From contig CAWJTV010000020.1 in NCBI GenBank assembly GCA_963845755.1, positions 256,001 to 320,000 of the forward strand: 64,000 nt of DNA. The letters are read 5' to 3'. Positions 23,442 through 35,700 of the stretch are shown here, in pieces (position 1 is the first letter of the stretch; the number at the start of each line of letters is the position of its first letter). Position numbers and translations under genes: made by a program. This DNA is from an uncultured Planctomycetota bacterium. Lineage in GTDB: Bacteria > Planctomycetota > Planctomycetia > Isosphaerales > Isosphaeraceae. The notes beneath the pieces were generated by a model. It worked only from the letters and a program-made list of their open reading frames with translations. It searched no databases and was not told where the DNA came from.

Positions 23442-24103
23442 GGTTTGGACTCCTTCGTCGGATGCGGAAGCCGAGGCGGCGACGCCGCCGATTCCATTGC
23501 GGCCTCCTCGTCCGTCTTGGTAATCGCCGGGTACGCACCCAGCACGAATCGGAACAGGCGCCCCTCGGGCGCCTCCTCGTCGTGATACTTCACGGCCAGT
23601 TCCGCCACTCTCGCCGACAGCTCGCGCGTGAATGAGTCGCGATCGCCGGCCGAGCGAAATCGGACCTGGGTCTCGAGAGTGTACGTCAACAGCCGCTTGC
23701 CGGCGCGATCGGCACGTCCCCTCAGGATCCCCAGGTCGCGCACAATCTTCGCCGCCGCGGCGACCAGGTAGGCCCACGAGAACCGGTCGCGGAGCCGGCC
23801 CGGGTCCGGCTCGACAACCCCCATCGCTTCGGGGCTGATCAAGTACGACTGCGCCGTCGCTCGCACCACGCGCTCCTTCATCCCTCCCCGTGGCCGCTCC
23901 TGGATGAACTCCACAACACCCGCTCGCTCCAACGTGCGGAGGTGATAGTTCACGACCTGTCTCGGCACCCCAAGAGAGCGCGCCAGGCCCGCTGCCGAAT
24001 CCGGCTCGACAAGCTGCTTCAAGATCCTCAGCCGTAGCGGATGACCCAGCAGGCTCGCTGCCTGCTCCGTCCCACGCACAACATCGAGCTCCGGTACGGT
24101 CAT
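23438..24103 (-). CDS. ArsR-like winged-HTH transcriptional regulator
   Basis: HPLRLRILKQL..SAAGLARSLGVPRQVVNYHLRTLERAG; coupled to the SRPBCC gene. Confidence 0.88.
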   Translation of the reverse strand: MTVPELDVVRGTEQAASLLGHPLRLRILKQLVEPDSAAGLARSLGVPRQVVNYHLRTLERAGVVEFIQERPRGGMKERVVRATAQSYLISPEAMGVVEPDPGRLRDRFSWAYLVAAAAKIVRDLGILRGRADRAGKRLLTYTLETQVRFRSAGDRDSFTRELSARVAELAVKYHDEEAPEGRLFRFVLGAYPAITKTDEEAAMESAASPPRLPHPTKESKP

Positions 24104-24325
24104 CGTCGATCCACGCCTCCTCATGCCGGGTGTTCGGAAGTCAGTATGGCCTTGAAAAAATAATTTGTCAAGAAGGCGCGGGAGGACCGAACCAGACGGG
24201 CCGGGTCTGCGATGCGCGTCGATCGAGGTTCTGTCAACTGGTTCGGTCGCGTGTTAATGTGGAGGTCCGGGTTGATCGATGGAGGTCGAGTTGACGGACA
24301 GGCGCGTCGCGAGGGACATCCAGAC

Positions 24326-25441
24326 ATGGCACCAGCGAAGGGCATATACTCCCGGATCGGGGTCAAGACCCTGATCAATGCCGAGGGGACGGTCACCGTT
24401 GTGGGCGGCTCGCTGATGCCGCCGGAGGTGGTGCAGGCAATGGCCGAGGCCGCCGGGTCGTTCGTGTCGATCCCCGAGCTGCACGAGAAGGTGGGAGCAC
24501 GGATCGCGGAGCTGATCGGGGTTCCGGCCGCGATGGTCACCGCCGGCGCGGCCTCAGCGATCGCGGTCGGCACGGCCGCCTCGATGACCTGGGACAACCT
24601 GCCGGCGATCGACCGCCTGCCCCAGACCGATGGCTTGAGGAATGAGGTGATCCTCCAGAAGGGCCATAAGAGTGGATACGAGGCCCAGATGTCCTCGACG
24701 GGCGCGAAGGTTGTCTGGGTGGAGACCCGTCACGAACTGGACCGAGCGATCAATCCGCGTACTGCGATGATGTTCTTCCTCAATCGGTTCGAGCCGTTGG
24801 GTTCGGTGAAGCGGGAAGACTGGATCAAGGTCGGTAAGGAACGAGGTGTCTTGACGTTTCTTGACGCCGCGGCCGATGTGCCGCCGGTATCGCGGTTCTC
24901 CGAGTACATCCACGAAGGGTTCGATCTGGTGACCTTCTCGGGTGGCAAAGCGATCCGGGGTCCCCAGGCGTCGGGACTGTTGATCGGCCGGCCCAACCTG
25001 ATCGCGGCCGGCCGCCGCGCCATCAGCCCGAGCATGGGGATCGGCCGCGGCATGAAGGTCGGCAAGGAGGAGATCGTCGGCCTGCTCGTCGCGCTGGAGC
25101 GCTACCTCAAGCTCGATCACGACGCGGAGTGGCGCACCTGGGAGGCCCGAACCTCGGAGGTCATCGCTCAGCTCGCCTCGATTCCCGGGCTGAGCGCACG
25201 GCGCGAAGTCGCTGAGATCGCCAATCGGGTCCCGCAGGTCGTGGTCGAGTGGAGCCGATGGCACTCCACGCTCACGGCCGCGGAGGTCGTTCGCAAGCTC
25301 TGGGATGGGGATCCACGGATCGCTGTCCTGGCTGAAGGCGAACGCGGATTACGAATCATGGTCTGGACCTTGCAAGGAGACGAACACCGCGTCGTCACCA
25401 AGGCCATCCGGCAGGTCTTTCAGGAAACGGCGCCCGGTTGA
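24326..25441 (+). CDS. SelA-like PLP-dependent enzyme (DgaE-like)
   Basis: INAEGTVTVVGGS, DAAA, FSGGKAIRGPQ (PLP lysine), GRGMKVGKEEI. Confidence 0.88.
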   Translation: MAPAKGIYSRIGVKTLINAEGTVTVVGGSLMPPEVVQAMAEAAGSFVSIPELHEKVGARIAELIGVPAAMVTAGAASAIAVGTAASMTWDNLPAIDRLPQTDGLRNEVILQKGHKSGYEAQMSSTGAKVVWVETRHELDRAINPRTAMMFFLNRFEPLGSVKREDWIKVGKERGVLTFLDAAADVPPVSRFSEYIHEGFDLVTFSGGKAIRGPQASGLLIGRPNLIAAGRRAISPSMGIGRGMKVGKEEIVGLLVALERYLKLDHDAEWRTWEARTSEVIAQLASIPGLSARREVAEIANRVPQVVVEWSRWHSTLTAAEVVRKLWDGDPRIAVLAEGERGLRIMVWTLQGDEHRVVTKAIRQVFQETAPG

Positions 25442-25500
25442 GCAGGGCGATGCTGCGATCGCGGACATCGCACCTATCCTTCGCGTCCGCGATACGATCC

Positions 25501-26073
25501 TCAACGCTTCTTGATGCCCTGGAAGCTGACGGAGACCCAGACATCATCGCCGAGCATCGGCGAGAACTTGCTGATCCCGAACTCGGATCGCTTGATCGCG
25601 AATTCCGCGGTGTAGCCGGTCTTCTGCATCCCCTTGAACGAGGCGGTCTTACCCCCCTTGACGTTGAATGTCACGGGCTTGGTCTGACCGTGGAACGTGA
25701 GGTCGCCGGTCACCTCGTAGCCGCCCGCGATCGGCTTGACCGACGTACTGTTGAAGCTCATCGATGGAAACTGGTTGGTGTTGAAGAAGTCGGGGCTGCG
25801 GAGATGCTTGTCGCGATTCTTGTTGTTCGTATCCACGCTCTCCGGCTTGATTTTCATCGTGAACGACGACTTCGACGGCTCGCTGGGATCGATGGTGAAT
25901 TCGCCCGAGAAGTCGTTGAACCGGCCGTAAATCCAGTTCAACTCGGAATGAGAGATCTTGAACACGACTCCCGAATGGGCCGTGTCCATGGTGTAATCGT
26001 CGCCGGTTGCGGCCATGCCGAGCGCCAGCAGGGCGGACGCCGCCAGGGCCATGGCGCAGAGGTTTCTTCGCAT
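25501..26073 (-). CDS. YceI family protein
   Basis: DTAHS, GRFNDFSG, RDKHLRSPDFF, GDLTFHGQTKPV. Confidence 0.93.
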   Translation of the reverse strand: MRRNLCAMALAASALLALGMAATGDDYTMDTAHSGVVFKISHSELNWIYGRFNDFSGEFTIDPSEPSKSSFTMKIKPESVDTNNKNRDKHLRSPDFFNTNQFPSMSFNSTSVKPIAGGYEVTGDLTFHGQTKPVTFNVKGGKTASFKGMQKTGYTAEFAIKRSEFGISKFSPMLGDDVWVSVSFQGIKKR

Positions 26074-26394
26074 CAGTTGTCTCCATTTTCAAATCGCCAT
26101 CGGGCCGTCACAGTCCGTCGTGAGTCAGGACTGCTACCCCGATTTTCGTCCTGGAAACCCGCATATGGTTTAGTTCTAAACAATCCCGCGTGGAAGTCAA
26201 GGGGCTGGAGGAGCGGAGCGGCTGGTCCGGCAGGGGCGCGTTCGTGTTAAGCTTGGGGATGGATGACCGATCTCAAGTGACGGTCAAGCCGGCAGCCAAT
26301 CGTGATCGTCTTGCCAGTGTCTTGACGGCACGGGGAACCGGCAGGTCCGTGACCATCACGGCGAGTCCCAACGCAGCCCAGGAGGAAGACGCAA

Positions 26395-26712
26395 ATGAAT
26401 GTCACAATCCGCGAGCGAGAGTCCGGCACCGCGCTGGCCGAGGCCGAGGTGGGCCCGAGCCTGGCGAAGTACGAAGGGAACTGGTACTTCGAGCCCTCCG
26501 CCGTGCAGGCCGACCTCCTGCGCATCACCGAACGCACCTACACCTGTCCCTACAAGGGGACCTGCAACTGGGTCGACTACGTCGGGTCAGACGGCCGAAC
26601 GATCCGCGACGTGGCCTGGATCTATCCCCAGGTCAAGGCCGGACACGAGGTGATCCAGGGGCGGTACGGCTTCTACGCCGGCAGCCGGGGCGGCACCGTC
26701 GAAGGGCACTGA
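26395..26712 (+). CDS. DUF427 domain protein
   Basis: EGNWYF..YTCPYKG..VAWIYP. Confidence 0.85.
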   Translation: MNVTIRERESGTALAEAEVGPSLAKYEGNWYFEPSAVQADLLRITERTYTCPYKGTCNWVDYVGSDGRTIRDVAWIYPQVKAGHEVIQGRYGFYAGSRGGTVEGH

Positions 26713-27548
26713 CCGGCCGACCCCATCCGGCTCAGCGCGGGCGAGGCACCGAGGAACGCCATGCATGCCTTGTACGCATCGCGTGCATTGACGAGGAGAT
26801 CGGTCGGGATCGGGATCTCGTCCGGATCCGCCACGGAGTCTTCCCTGACGATCCGGCCGGTGCGGATCGTCGTCGAGGTGTCGCCGACGTTGATCGAACC
26901 GGTCTTCTCGAAGATCGCGTACTCCTCACGGAGCGGCTCGTTCAGGCCCAGCTCGCGCTCGAGGAACCGGAAGGTCGCGGCCGTGTCGTCCAGGAGCGAT
27001 CTGGCAGGAAGGAAGATCCCTCGGCGCCCCAGGGCCTCGACGCGCGTGCACAGACCTTGCAAGCTGTCGAGCCGATGAATGTAGTACTTCACGGCCCGCC
27101 GCATGGCCGCCTGCCGATCGGTCCCCTCGGCCCAGACCTGCAGCCCCTGCTCATGCTCGTGAATCCTCATGCGTGTCAAGCTCGCGATCGTCGGCTCCGG
27201 CTCCCGGACCAGGAAGATCGGGATGATCCGGGGGAGTCCCAGCACCTTGTCCGACACGGGCAAGTAATCGTAGAGCAGCTTGTCCAGGACGAATTCGCAA
27301 TCCTTCCGATAATTGCCGGATTCGCCCGCCATGGCGTTCAACCGGTAGAGATCGGCGGCCGTCTCGTAAGGCATCATGGTCTCGGTGTATCCGGAAATCT
27401 GCCGATGGCTGCCGAGGATATGGCAGAGCAGCGTCGAGTAGCTCCTGGCGTGGCTGAAAATGAGGAGATATCGATGCAACTTGAACAAGGACGGATCCAT
27501 CAGGAGGATCTCCTGGCCCTGACCCCGCCTCACGAGCACCTTCTCCAT
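26673..27548 (-). CDS. Sulfotransferase-like protein
   Basis: SHARSYSTLLCHILGSH (5'-PSB-like), FLVREPEPTIAS (3'-PB-like); start may be 27501. Confidence 0.75.
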   Translation of the reverse strand: MEKVLVRRGQGQEILLMDPSLFKLHRYLLIFSHARSYSTLLCHILGSHRQISGYTETMMPYETAADLYRLNAMAGESGNYRKDCEFVLDKLLYDYLPVSDKVLGLPRIIPIFLVREPEPTIASLTRMRIHEHEQGLQVWAEGTDRQAAMRRAVKYYIHRLDSLQGLCTRVEALGRRGIFLPARSLLDDTAATFRFLERELGLNEPLREEYAIFEKTGSINVGDTSTTIRTGRIVREDSVADPDEIPIPTDLLVNARDAYKACMAFLGASPALSRMGSAGQCPSTVPPRLPA

Positions 27549-27726
27549 CGCCAGCTCCTCCCTTGGCCGTCATCGAGCCGCCCACTGCGAGATGTCTCTC
27601 ACGATCGGGGCACAGTCCAGAACCCGGCATTCTGTGTCACAAGGCGAGGAAAAATACCAGGCCGCCGAATTGTGGGAAGGCCAATTCTCCTTGAGCGTCG
27701 TACATCAAACCAGAGTCTCCCTCCGT

Positions 27727-27873
27727 AGGATCCCTGCGGCGAGCGCATCTGGGGGGTCCTTGATTCCGGATTCCCGATTCCGAATTCCCGAATCCTTCTT
27801 CATCCTGAATCCGGAATCCCGAACCCGGAATCTCGAATCCCTCTTGGGTTGCGGCCGAAGGCCACGTTGGGCT
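27727..27873. repeat. Dispersed palindromic repeat, copy 2, with GATTCCG/GAATCCG-like 7-mer arrays
   Basis: Same ends as 15584-15716; internal inverted heptamer arrays. Confidence 0.6.
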
Positions 27874-27914
27874 TGACTCGCGAAGTGACGTGACAGACTC
27901 GGTTGGACGGGACC

Positions 27915-28256
27915 ATGCGTGATCCGATCTGTTGTGAGGCATCCGAGGAACAAGCCGTGAGACGGCCTCGCCTACGGTTCACGGTCGGAACGATGATGGT
28001 TGTGGTGGCCGCAGTCGGGATCGCCCTCGGGGTCTCGAGATTGAGCCAACGCGATTTCCTCTTCGCCTACGGGTTGGGCGTCCTCGGTATCGTGGGTGCG
28101 TCCCCGATTCTGATTTGTTACCTGTGGCTGAAGGAGTCGCCCAAACGGAAGGCATCCATCCCGATCGAGGCCCTCATCGCCCGGTTCGCCGCGGTGATTG
28201 TTGTGGGTGTGATTCTCTGGGCCATGCTCGTCTTGCTGATCGCGCCTTTCCATTAG
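27915..28256 (+). CDS. Small membrane protein (planctomycete RFT-x-x-x-M N-terminal type)
   Basis: RPRLRFTVGTMMVVVAAVG; three hydrophobic segments; start uncertain. Confidence 0.6.
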   Translation: MRDPICCEASEEQAVRRPRLRFTVGTMMVVVAAVGIALGVSRLSQRDFLFAYGLGVLGIVGASPILICYLWLKESPKRKASIPIEALIARFAAVIVVGVILWAMLVLLIAPFH

Positions 28257-28513
28257 AGTGATCCTCGGCCCCGCTGCTCGGAGCACGACCTTCCGGACGA
28301 GTGCGGATCGAGAACAGGTACGCGTGAGTTTACGAACTCAGACTGCCTCTTGAGCGGAGGGCGCCGATTGTGAACAATAGGTGAGCTGAGCCGGTCCGCA
28401 CGGGCGCGACGGCGAGCCTGCCCGGAATGACGCCTTCCTGAACTGGACTCTGAGCCGGCCGGCGAGTATGGCCAACCCGTCCCGCCCCACGCGACACTCT
28501 TGCGAGAGCCCAA

Positions 28514-31118
28514 ATGATGAAAGTCCAGACGCACCAGGAAGTTGAGTGCAATGCATGCCAGCCTCGAGGCGCGAGCGATTGCTGGCTGCCACTTCTGGGT
28601 GTGTTCGTGGGCCTGGTGCTCGTTCCGTGCTGGGACGTGACCTCGGCGCCTGCCGCGGAACCGGGCTCATCGCCGAAGCGCAAGGTCGACTACAACCGCG
28701 AGGTCCGGCCGATCCTGGCGAAGAACTGCTTCGCCTGTCACGGCCAGGACGAGGCGAAACGGAAAGCCGGGTTACGCCTCGATCATCGCGAGGCGGCCAC
28801 CCAGCCGCTCAAGAGTGGCGAGACCGCGATCGTCCCCGGCGACGTCGAGGGCAGCGCCCTGCTGTTCCGGGCCACCGAGGATGACGACTCGGTCCGCATG
28901 CCGCCCGCGAAGACGGGCAATCGGCTCAACCCGGCCGACGTCGATGTGCTCCAGCGCTGGATCGAGCAAGGGGCCGAGTACGCCCAGCACTGGTCCTTGA
29001 TCCCGCCCGAGGCGCTACCGCTTCCCGCCGCCCGCGACACCGCCTGGCCCCGCAACGGGATCGACTTCTGGATCCTCGATCGATTGGAGAAGGCGGGCCT
29101 GGCGCCGTCTCCCCAGGCGGACGCTTATACGCTGTTGCGCCGGGCTAGCCTGGATCTCCGCGGGTTGCCGCCGAAGCCGGAGGAGGTCGACCGCTTCATC
29201 CGGGATCAGGCACCGGGCGCCTACGAGCGGGCCGTCGACCGCTTCCTCGACGATCCGGCCTACGGCGAACGCTGGGCGCGGATGTGGCTCGATCTGGCCC
29301 GCTACGCCGACTCGGCCGGATTCGGCTCCGATCCCTTGCGGCCCAACATCTGGCGATATCGCGACTGGGTCATCGAGGCCTTCAATCGCAATCTCCCGTA
29401 CGATCGGTTCACTCTCCTTCAGATTGCCGGCGACCTGATGCCAGGTCCCAGTCTTGACGATCGGATCGCTACCGCCTTCCACCGCAACACAATGACCAAT
29501 ACCGAGGGCGGTACCGACGACGAGGAGTTCCGCGTGGCCGCGATCAAGGATCGCGTTGACACCACGGCCCAGGTCTGGATGGGGCTGACCATGGGTTGCG
29601 CCAAGTGTCATAGCCACAAGTACGACCCGATCACCCACGAGGAGTATTACCGGTTTTATGCCTTCTTCAACCAGTCGGCCGACAACGACCAGCCGGACGA
29701 GGGCCCCGTCATCCCCGCCCCGACCGCGAAGTTCACAGCCGAGCTCGAGCAATTCGAGAGGCGGGTCGCCGCGTTGCGAGCGAAGCTCGAGGCATCCTCT
29801 CCGGCGCTGACGGTTCGCGCAAACCCAGTGGGAGGCGAGCCTCAAACCGGCCGGCGCGTCCGCACGGAAAGGCCTCCCGAAAGAAGTCCTGGCCATCCTC
29901 GACACCACGATGGAGAAGCGGACCCAGGCCCAGTCCAGGGCGATGGCCGCCTATTTCCACTCGATCGTGCCCGAGCTCAAGCCGGTGCGGGATCAGCTCG
30001 CCGCGATGGAGAAAACCCGTCCCAAGCCGCCGACCGTTCCCGTCATGGTCGAGCTGCCGGCCGATCGCCGGCGCGTGACGCACGTCCTCCGCAAGGGGAA
30101 CTTCCTCGACCCGGGCGCGACGGTTGAGGCCGGAGTTCCCGGGTCTCTTCATCCTTATCCGCCCGGCGCCCCGGCCAACCGACTTGGCCTGTGCGCTGGC
30201 TCATCGACCCCAGGAACCCCTTGACCGCCCGCGTGGCGGTCAATCGCTACTGGGCCCAGCTCTTCGGCATGGGACTCGTCGAGACCGAGGAAGACTTCGG
30301 CACCCAGGGCGAGCCGCCCAGCCATCCCGAGCTACTCGACTGGCTGGCCATCCGCTACCGCGATTCGGGCTGGGACACCAAGGCCCTGATGCGGCTCATC
30401 GTCACGTCGGCGACGTATCGGCAGTCATCAAAGGTCCGCCTCGATCTGCGTGAGAAGGACCTGCGGAATCGCTTCCTGGCGCGGGCGCCCCGGATCCGGC
30501 TCGAGGCGGAGATGGTCCGCGACCAGGCCCTGGCCCTGAGCGGACTGCTGAGCCGCAAGGTCGGCGGTCCGAGCATCTTCCCGCCCCAGCCCGACGGGCT
30601 ATGGCAGGCCGCGTTCAACGGTGAGCGCACCTGGACGACCAGTAAAGGCGATGACCGGTATCGGCGCGGCCTTTATGTCTTCTGGCGGCGCACCGTGCCT
30701 TACCCGTCGATGGCCACCTTCGACGCCCCCAGCCGCGAGATCTGCGCGATCAAGCGCGTTCGGACCAACACACCGCTCCAATCCTTCGTGACGCTCAACG
30801 ACCCGGTGTATGTCGAAGCCGCACAGGCCCTGGCGCGCCGGATCGTGAACGAGGGCGGCACCGATGTCACCGCCCGAGCCGCGTTGGGGCCTGAAGCTCT
30901 GCGAGAGCCGGCCGCCCCGTCCCAAACAGGTTGCGCCCATCGTCGCGCTGTACAACGCCGAGCTCGAACGATATCGAAAGGATCGCGCCGCCGCCACGGC
31001 CCTCGCCACCGACCCGCTCGGTCCCCTGCCGGCGGGGATGGATCCGGCCGAGCTCGCCGCCTGGACCGCGGTCGCCAACGTCTTGTTGAACCTGGACAGC
31101 GTCTTGACCAGGGGGTGA
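28514..31118 (+). CDS. Planctomycete cytochrome c / DUF1549 / DUF1553 protein, several frameshifts
   Basis: [65 protein letters not shown]. Confidence 0.92.
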
Positions 31119-31139
31119 GAGGGTGTACGAGAAGCCCCG

Positions 31140-31180
31140 GTAGGGTGGGTCGAATGCCGAATCACGGCGTGAGGCCCACC
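31140..31180. repeat. GTAG-type REP-like palindrome
   Basis: GTAGGGTGGGTC..GCCG..CGGC..GCCCACC intergenic hairpin. Confidence 0.5.
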
Positions 31181-31205
31181 GAGTTCCCGAACCCGAGTTG
31201 AGTCC

Positions 31206-32697
31206 ATGAACTTCAACCGCGAGCACGATCTTCCCCTGCTCCTGCAACACGCGCGGGCCCAAACCCGTCGCCAGTTCCTCAAGAGGTCGCAAGCCGGCCT
31301 GGGCGGCCTTGCGCTGGCGATGCTCCTGGGCCGCGAGGACACGGCACGTGGCGAGCCGGAACCGGACTCCGCCGAGAATCCCATGGTGCCCCGGCCGCCC
31401 CACTTCGCCCCCCGGGCCAAGCGGGTGATCTACCTGCACATGTCCGGCGGACCGCCCCAGCAGGACCTCTTCGACGAGAAGCCCGCGCTGGTCAAGCATC
31501 ACATGAAGCCATGTCCCGACGAACTGCTCAAGAACCAGAAATTCGCGTTCATCAAGGGACATCCCAAGCTGCTCGGCTCCCCGTACCACTTCCGCAGATG
31601 CGGCGAGAGCGGCGCCCTGATCAGCGACCTCTGGACGCATTTCCGCGGGGTCGTCGATGATGTCGCCATCATCAAGTCGATGTGGACTGACCAGTTCAAC
31701 CACGCACCGGCGGAGTTATTCATCTACACCGGCTCCTCGCGCAACGGTGGTGCGGCGATGGGCTCGTGGATCACTTACGGCCTGGGCACGGAGAACCAGG
31801 ATTTACCCGGCTTCGTCGTCTTGATCAGCGGCGGGACGGATCCGACCGGCGGCAAGGCGCTCTGGAGCACCGGCTACCTGCCTAGCGTGTATCAAGGGGT
31901 TCAGTGCCGGACCGTGGGCGATCCGGTCCTCTACGTCAGCGATCCGAAGGGGATGGACCGATCGGACCGACGCCGGACCCTCGACGCGCCTGCGCCAGCT
32001 CAACGAATTCGAGCTTTCGGAATTCGGCGATCCGGAGACCCTGACGCGGATCAGTCAGTATGAGCTGGCGTTCCGGATGCAGATGGCGGTCCCCGATGTG
32101 ATGGACATCCGTCAGGAGCCGGAATCGATTCGCGAGGAATATGGGGCCAACCCCGGCGCCTCGTCGTTCGCGAACAACTGCCTGCTGGCCCGCCGGCTCG
32201 TCGAGCGAGGCGTTCGGTACGTCCAGCTTTACGATTGGGGCTGGGACTGCCACGGCACCGGTCCTCACGACGATATCGTCAAGCACCTCCCGCAGAAGTG
32301 CAAGGAGGTGGATCGGCCGATCGCGGCGCTGATGGCGGACCTGAAACGACGCGGACTGCTGGAAGAAACCCTGGTGATCTGGGGCGGCGAATTCGGCCGA
32401 ACCTCGATGAACGAGGCGCGTGGCGGCTCGAAATCCCTCGGACGCGACCATCATCCGCACTGTTTCAGCATCTGGATGGCCGGCGGCGGCATCAAGCCGG
32501 GCATTACGCTGGGTGCCACCGACGAGCTGGGCTATCACATCGTCGAGAACCCCGTCAGCATCCACGACCTCCAGGCCACGATCCTTCACCTGCTCGGCCT
32601 CGATGCCTGGAAGCTGACCTATGCCTATCAGGGCTTGCATCAAAAGCTAATCGGCCCCGAGGGCGCGGCCAGGATTCGTAAGGAGTTGCTGGCCTGA
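31206..32697 (+). CDS. DUF1501 protein, frameshift near 31990
   Basis: [48 protein letters not shown]. Confidence 0.93.
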
Positions 32698-32705
32698 AAC
32701 GCACA

Positions 32706-32732
32706 ACGCGGCGGGCGCGATGCCCGCCGCGT
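32706..32732. terminator. Hairpin between convergent genes
   Basis: ACGCGGCGGGC-gcgat-GCCCGCCGCGT, 11-bp stem, no U-tract. Confidence 0.5.
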
Positions 32733-32757
32733 CGTCCGAGTGATCTTGATGTCACGT

Positions 32758-35700
32758 TCAATGCCGAAGACGCCACTTGTTCTTGGTACTCACGAGGGAG
32801 GCGATGGCCTCGTCGAGAAGACCGGTCGGGCTCTGCGCCGGGCTGGCATTGTGTTGTGACTGCACCACATTGATCACGCGCGGTTTGGCGACGGCTTCGA
32901 GCCGCGCAGCGGACCGATTCGCCATCGACGTTGCGGGCTTGGCATAGCCGGCCTGGATCGGGAAAGGTCCCAGGACCCTCCTCGGCATCGCCGTGATCTG
33001 GGCCACGAAATTGCTGCCGGCCCCGCCATTACCGCTCGGGAACGATCCGTAGAACCGCCCGTCCAGCGGGTTCCCCGCGATGTCGGTGATCCCGGCGGCA
33101 AGGACCTGGATGGTGTAATGCCCCCCGCGGAGCGGCTTGCCGTGGTTGAAGAGGATGGCCGCCTCGTCGATCCCCGTGGTACCGGCCCCCGGAGTCACCG
33201 AGATACTGGTGGGGATGATCACCTTGCGGACCGGGATCTGGTTATTCAGCGGCGTGGCCGAGAGCCGATAGTTGGCCCCGTTGCTCAGGTCCGTCAGGGA
33301 CACACCACTGAGGTTGTCCTGGAAGAAGACGTCCATCTCGCCGCCGAGGCGATGGAAGACGACGTTCGTGATCACCGGTGCGACGGTATCGATGACGACG
33401 GTCCCGAGCGAGATCGATACGTTGTCGCCGCCGTTGGACGCAACGGCACTGATCTGATACGAGCCGTCGGCCATCGGGGCGCTCACGACGGTGGCCGACC
33501 AGACGCCCGCGCTGTTCGCCACACCGGTGGCGATCGGTACGGGCGAAGCGGACGAGCCCGTGGGGGTCTCGAACACCTGGATGACCGCGCCGGCGTCGGC
33601 GTTGCCGACGAAAGTCGGCGTGGTCACATTGGTGATTCCGTCGCTGTCGCTGATCCCCGAGTCGCTCTGGGGACTCAGCCGGCCACCGGTGATCAGGGCG
33701 GGCGGTGGGGGCGGATCGGCGATGGCGACCGTCGCCGAATCCGTCCCGACGATGACGCCGGCTCCATCGCGGATCGCGACGCTCAGCGTATAGGTCCCGG
33801 GCGTGGCGTAGACGTGCCCGCTGGTCTGGACGTCGAACGCGGTGGCGCCAGCGATGCTTGCGGGGCTCAGGGTGGCCGGAACGGTCGGAGAGCCGTCGCC
33901 ATAATCGACGCTGGCGCTGTACCCCTGATAATCGAGTCCCGGCAACCCGAGGGCGAACGGCACGGAGACCGTCGCTACGGTCCAGTCGCCCGTCGGGACG
34001 TTGTCCTTTCCCGTCAGTCCGGTCGCGACCTGCACGCTCGGTGCCTGGACGGTGACCGAGTATTCGGCGTCGGCCACGACCAGGTAGGGCGCGTCATAGA
34101 CCGTGACCGAGACCGTGTAGGTGCCGGCTGCGGCGTAGTTGTGGCCGCTGGACCCGATGACCAGCGACGAGCCGCTGACGGTGACGTTGGCGGCCGCCGG
34201 GGTCGAGCCGTCGCCCCAGTCGATCACCGCCGTGTAGTTGCCGGGCACCGGCGCCGGGCTGCTCCCCTCCGCAACCCCGGTGGCGACCGTCAACGCGCCC
34301 GTGGCCGTGCCGGCGGTAGCCACCGGCCCCGAGGCGGGCAGCCCTTTCGTGAGGCTCAGACCGGTGACAGTCGCGCTCAGCGGGATCGACACGCTCTGTC
34401 CCGTCGACAGGTCGTGGAGCTCGATCGACCCCAGGTAGGTGCCCGGCGCCGGGTAGACGTGCGTGCCGCTGAGGCTGAAATCCCCATTGACGCTGAACGT
34501 GGCCCCGGACAGGCCGCTGCTATCGCCCCAGTTGATCTGGGCCGAGTAATCGCTGGGGTCCGTCGATCCGTTCGTGTTGCTGAACGTCGCCAGCACGCCG
34601 GCCCACGGGCTGCCGGCCGTGGCCGTGACTGCCGAGGTCGTGAGGACCTGGAGATCGGCGACCGAGGCGACGGCGGTGTTGTCACTGACGGCCGCGATCG
34701 CGTCGAGCTGCGCCGTCACCGGGACCACGACTCCCCCCGAGTTGACGAGGGTCGAGTTGAAAGTGCCGCCGAGATCGGTCAGCGTCACGGTGATCGGGTC
34801 GCTGCCCGTGGCCTGATACGCATGGCTGCCGGAGATGATGTACCGGCCCGGCGTGCTCGGGTCGGCGGTGATCGTCCCCGTCGTCGGCGCCGTGCCGTCG
34901 CCCCAGTCGATCGTCGCCTGATAGGAGCCCGCGTTCTCGATCAGGTCCGTGTCGGTGAAGATCGCGACGGGAACATCCACCAGGGGCAATCCCGGCTGTG
35001 CCGAGATCGTCGGCAAGGGCGCCGAGATTTGGATCGCCGGGGCGTGGTTGGTCGCGAAGTCCGCGATCGTGCTCATGTTCGTGAATGAGAAGCCTGTCCC
35101 GGTTCCGAACGCGGCCGACGCCGGATTCGTTGGCGTGCTGGGAGTCAAGGTCGCCGTCGACCCCGTGCCCTGCGAGTTGATCCGCAAGCTGTTGACGCCC
35201 GTGCCGCCCAGGATCGCGAGGTTGGAGGAATTGGTGCCGGCCGCGAGTTCCGCGCCGACAACGGTGACCAGATCGTTGCCGACGCCGCCATTGATCGTCG
35301 TCGTCACCGTTGCCGGGTTGGCTTCCACGTTGAGCGTACTACTGCCGGAGCCCAGCTTCACCATTGAGGTGGCCTGGCCGCTGGCTTTCGTGGGATTGTC
35401 CAGGATGAAAACATTGTTCTCATTGACGGCCGAGGCGTCGATCGTCACGTTCGTCTTGTTCGAGTAGGCAACCGACTCGAACGACGGGCTGGCCGATGGA
35501 TCGGAGATCAGCGTGAAACCGGCCGTCGAATCGTCGGTCACGGCGATCGTCCCGGCGGAGGGCGGGGCCGTGAAGGTGTAATTCGTCACCGGCGTCGAAT
35601 CTGTCGTCGGCGTGAGGTTCGAGAACTGGACGCCTCCCTGGAAGTCCGGCGTGGCGCCGTCGTAGAACGCGACCGTTCCGCTGCCGGGCCCGGTCGCCGT

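Noticed and set aside
24326..25441. True selA (selenocysteine synthase)
   Set aside because: Short, lacks the SelA N-terminal domain, and no selB or selC nearby
27760..27845. CRISPR array
   Set aside because: 7-mer repeats with no unique spacers and no cas genes
33118..35088. 656 aa plus-strand ORF and similar long antisense ORFs (e.g. 26190..27728, 59247..60536)
   Set aside because: Shadow ORFs opposite real high-GC genes, with R/G-rich non-protein-like composition
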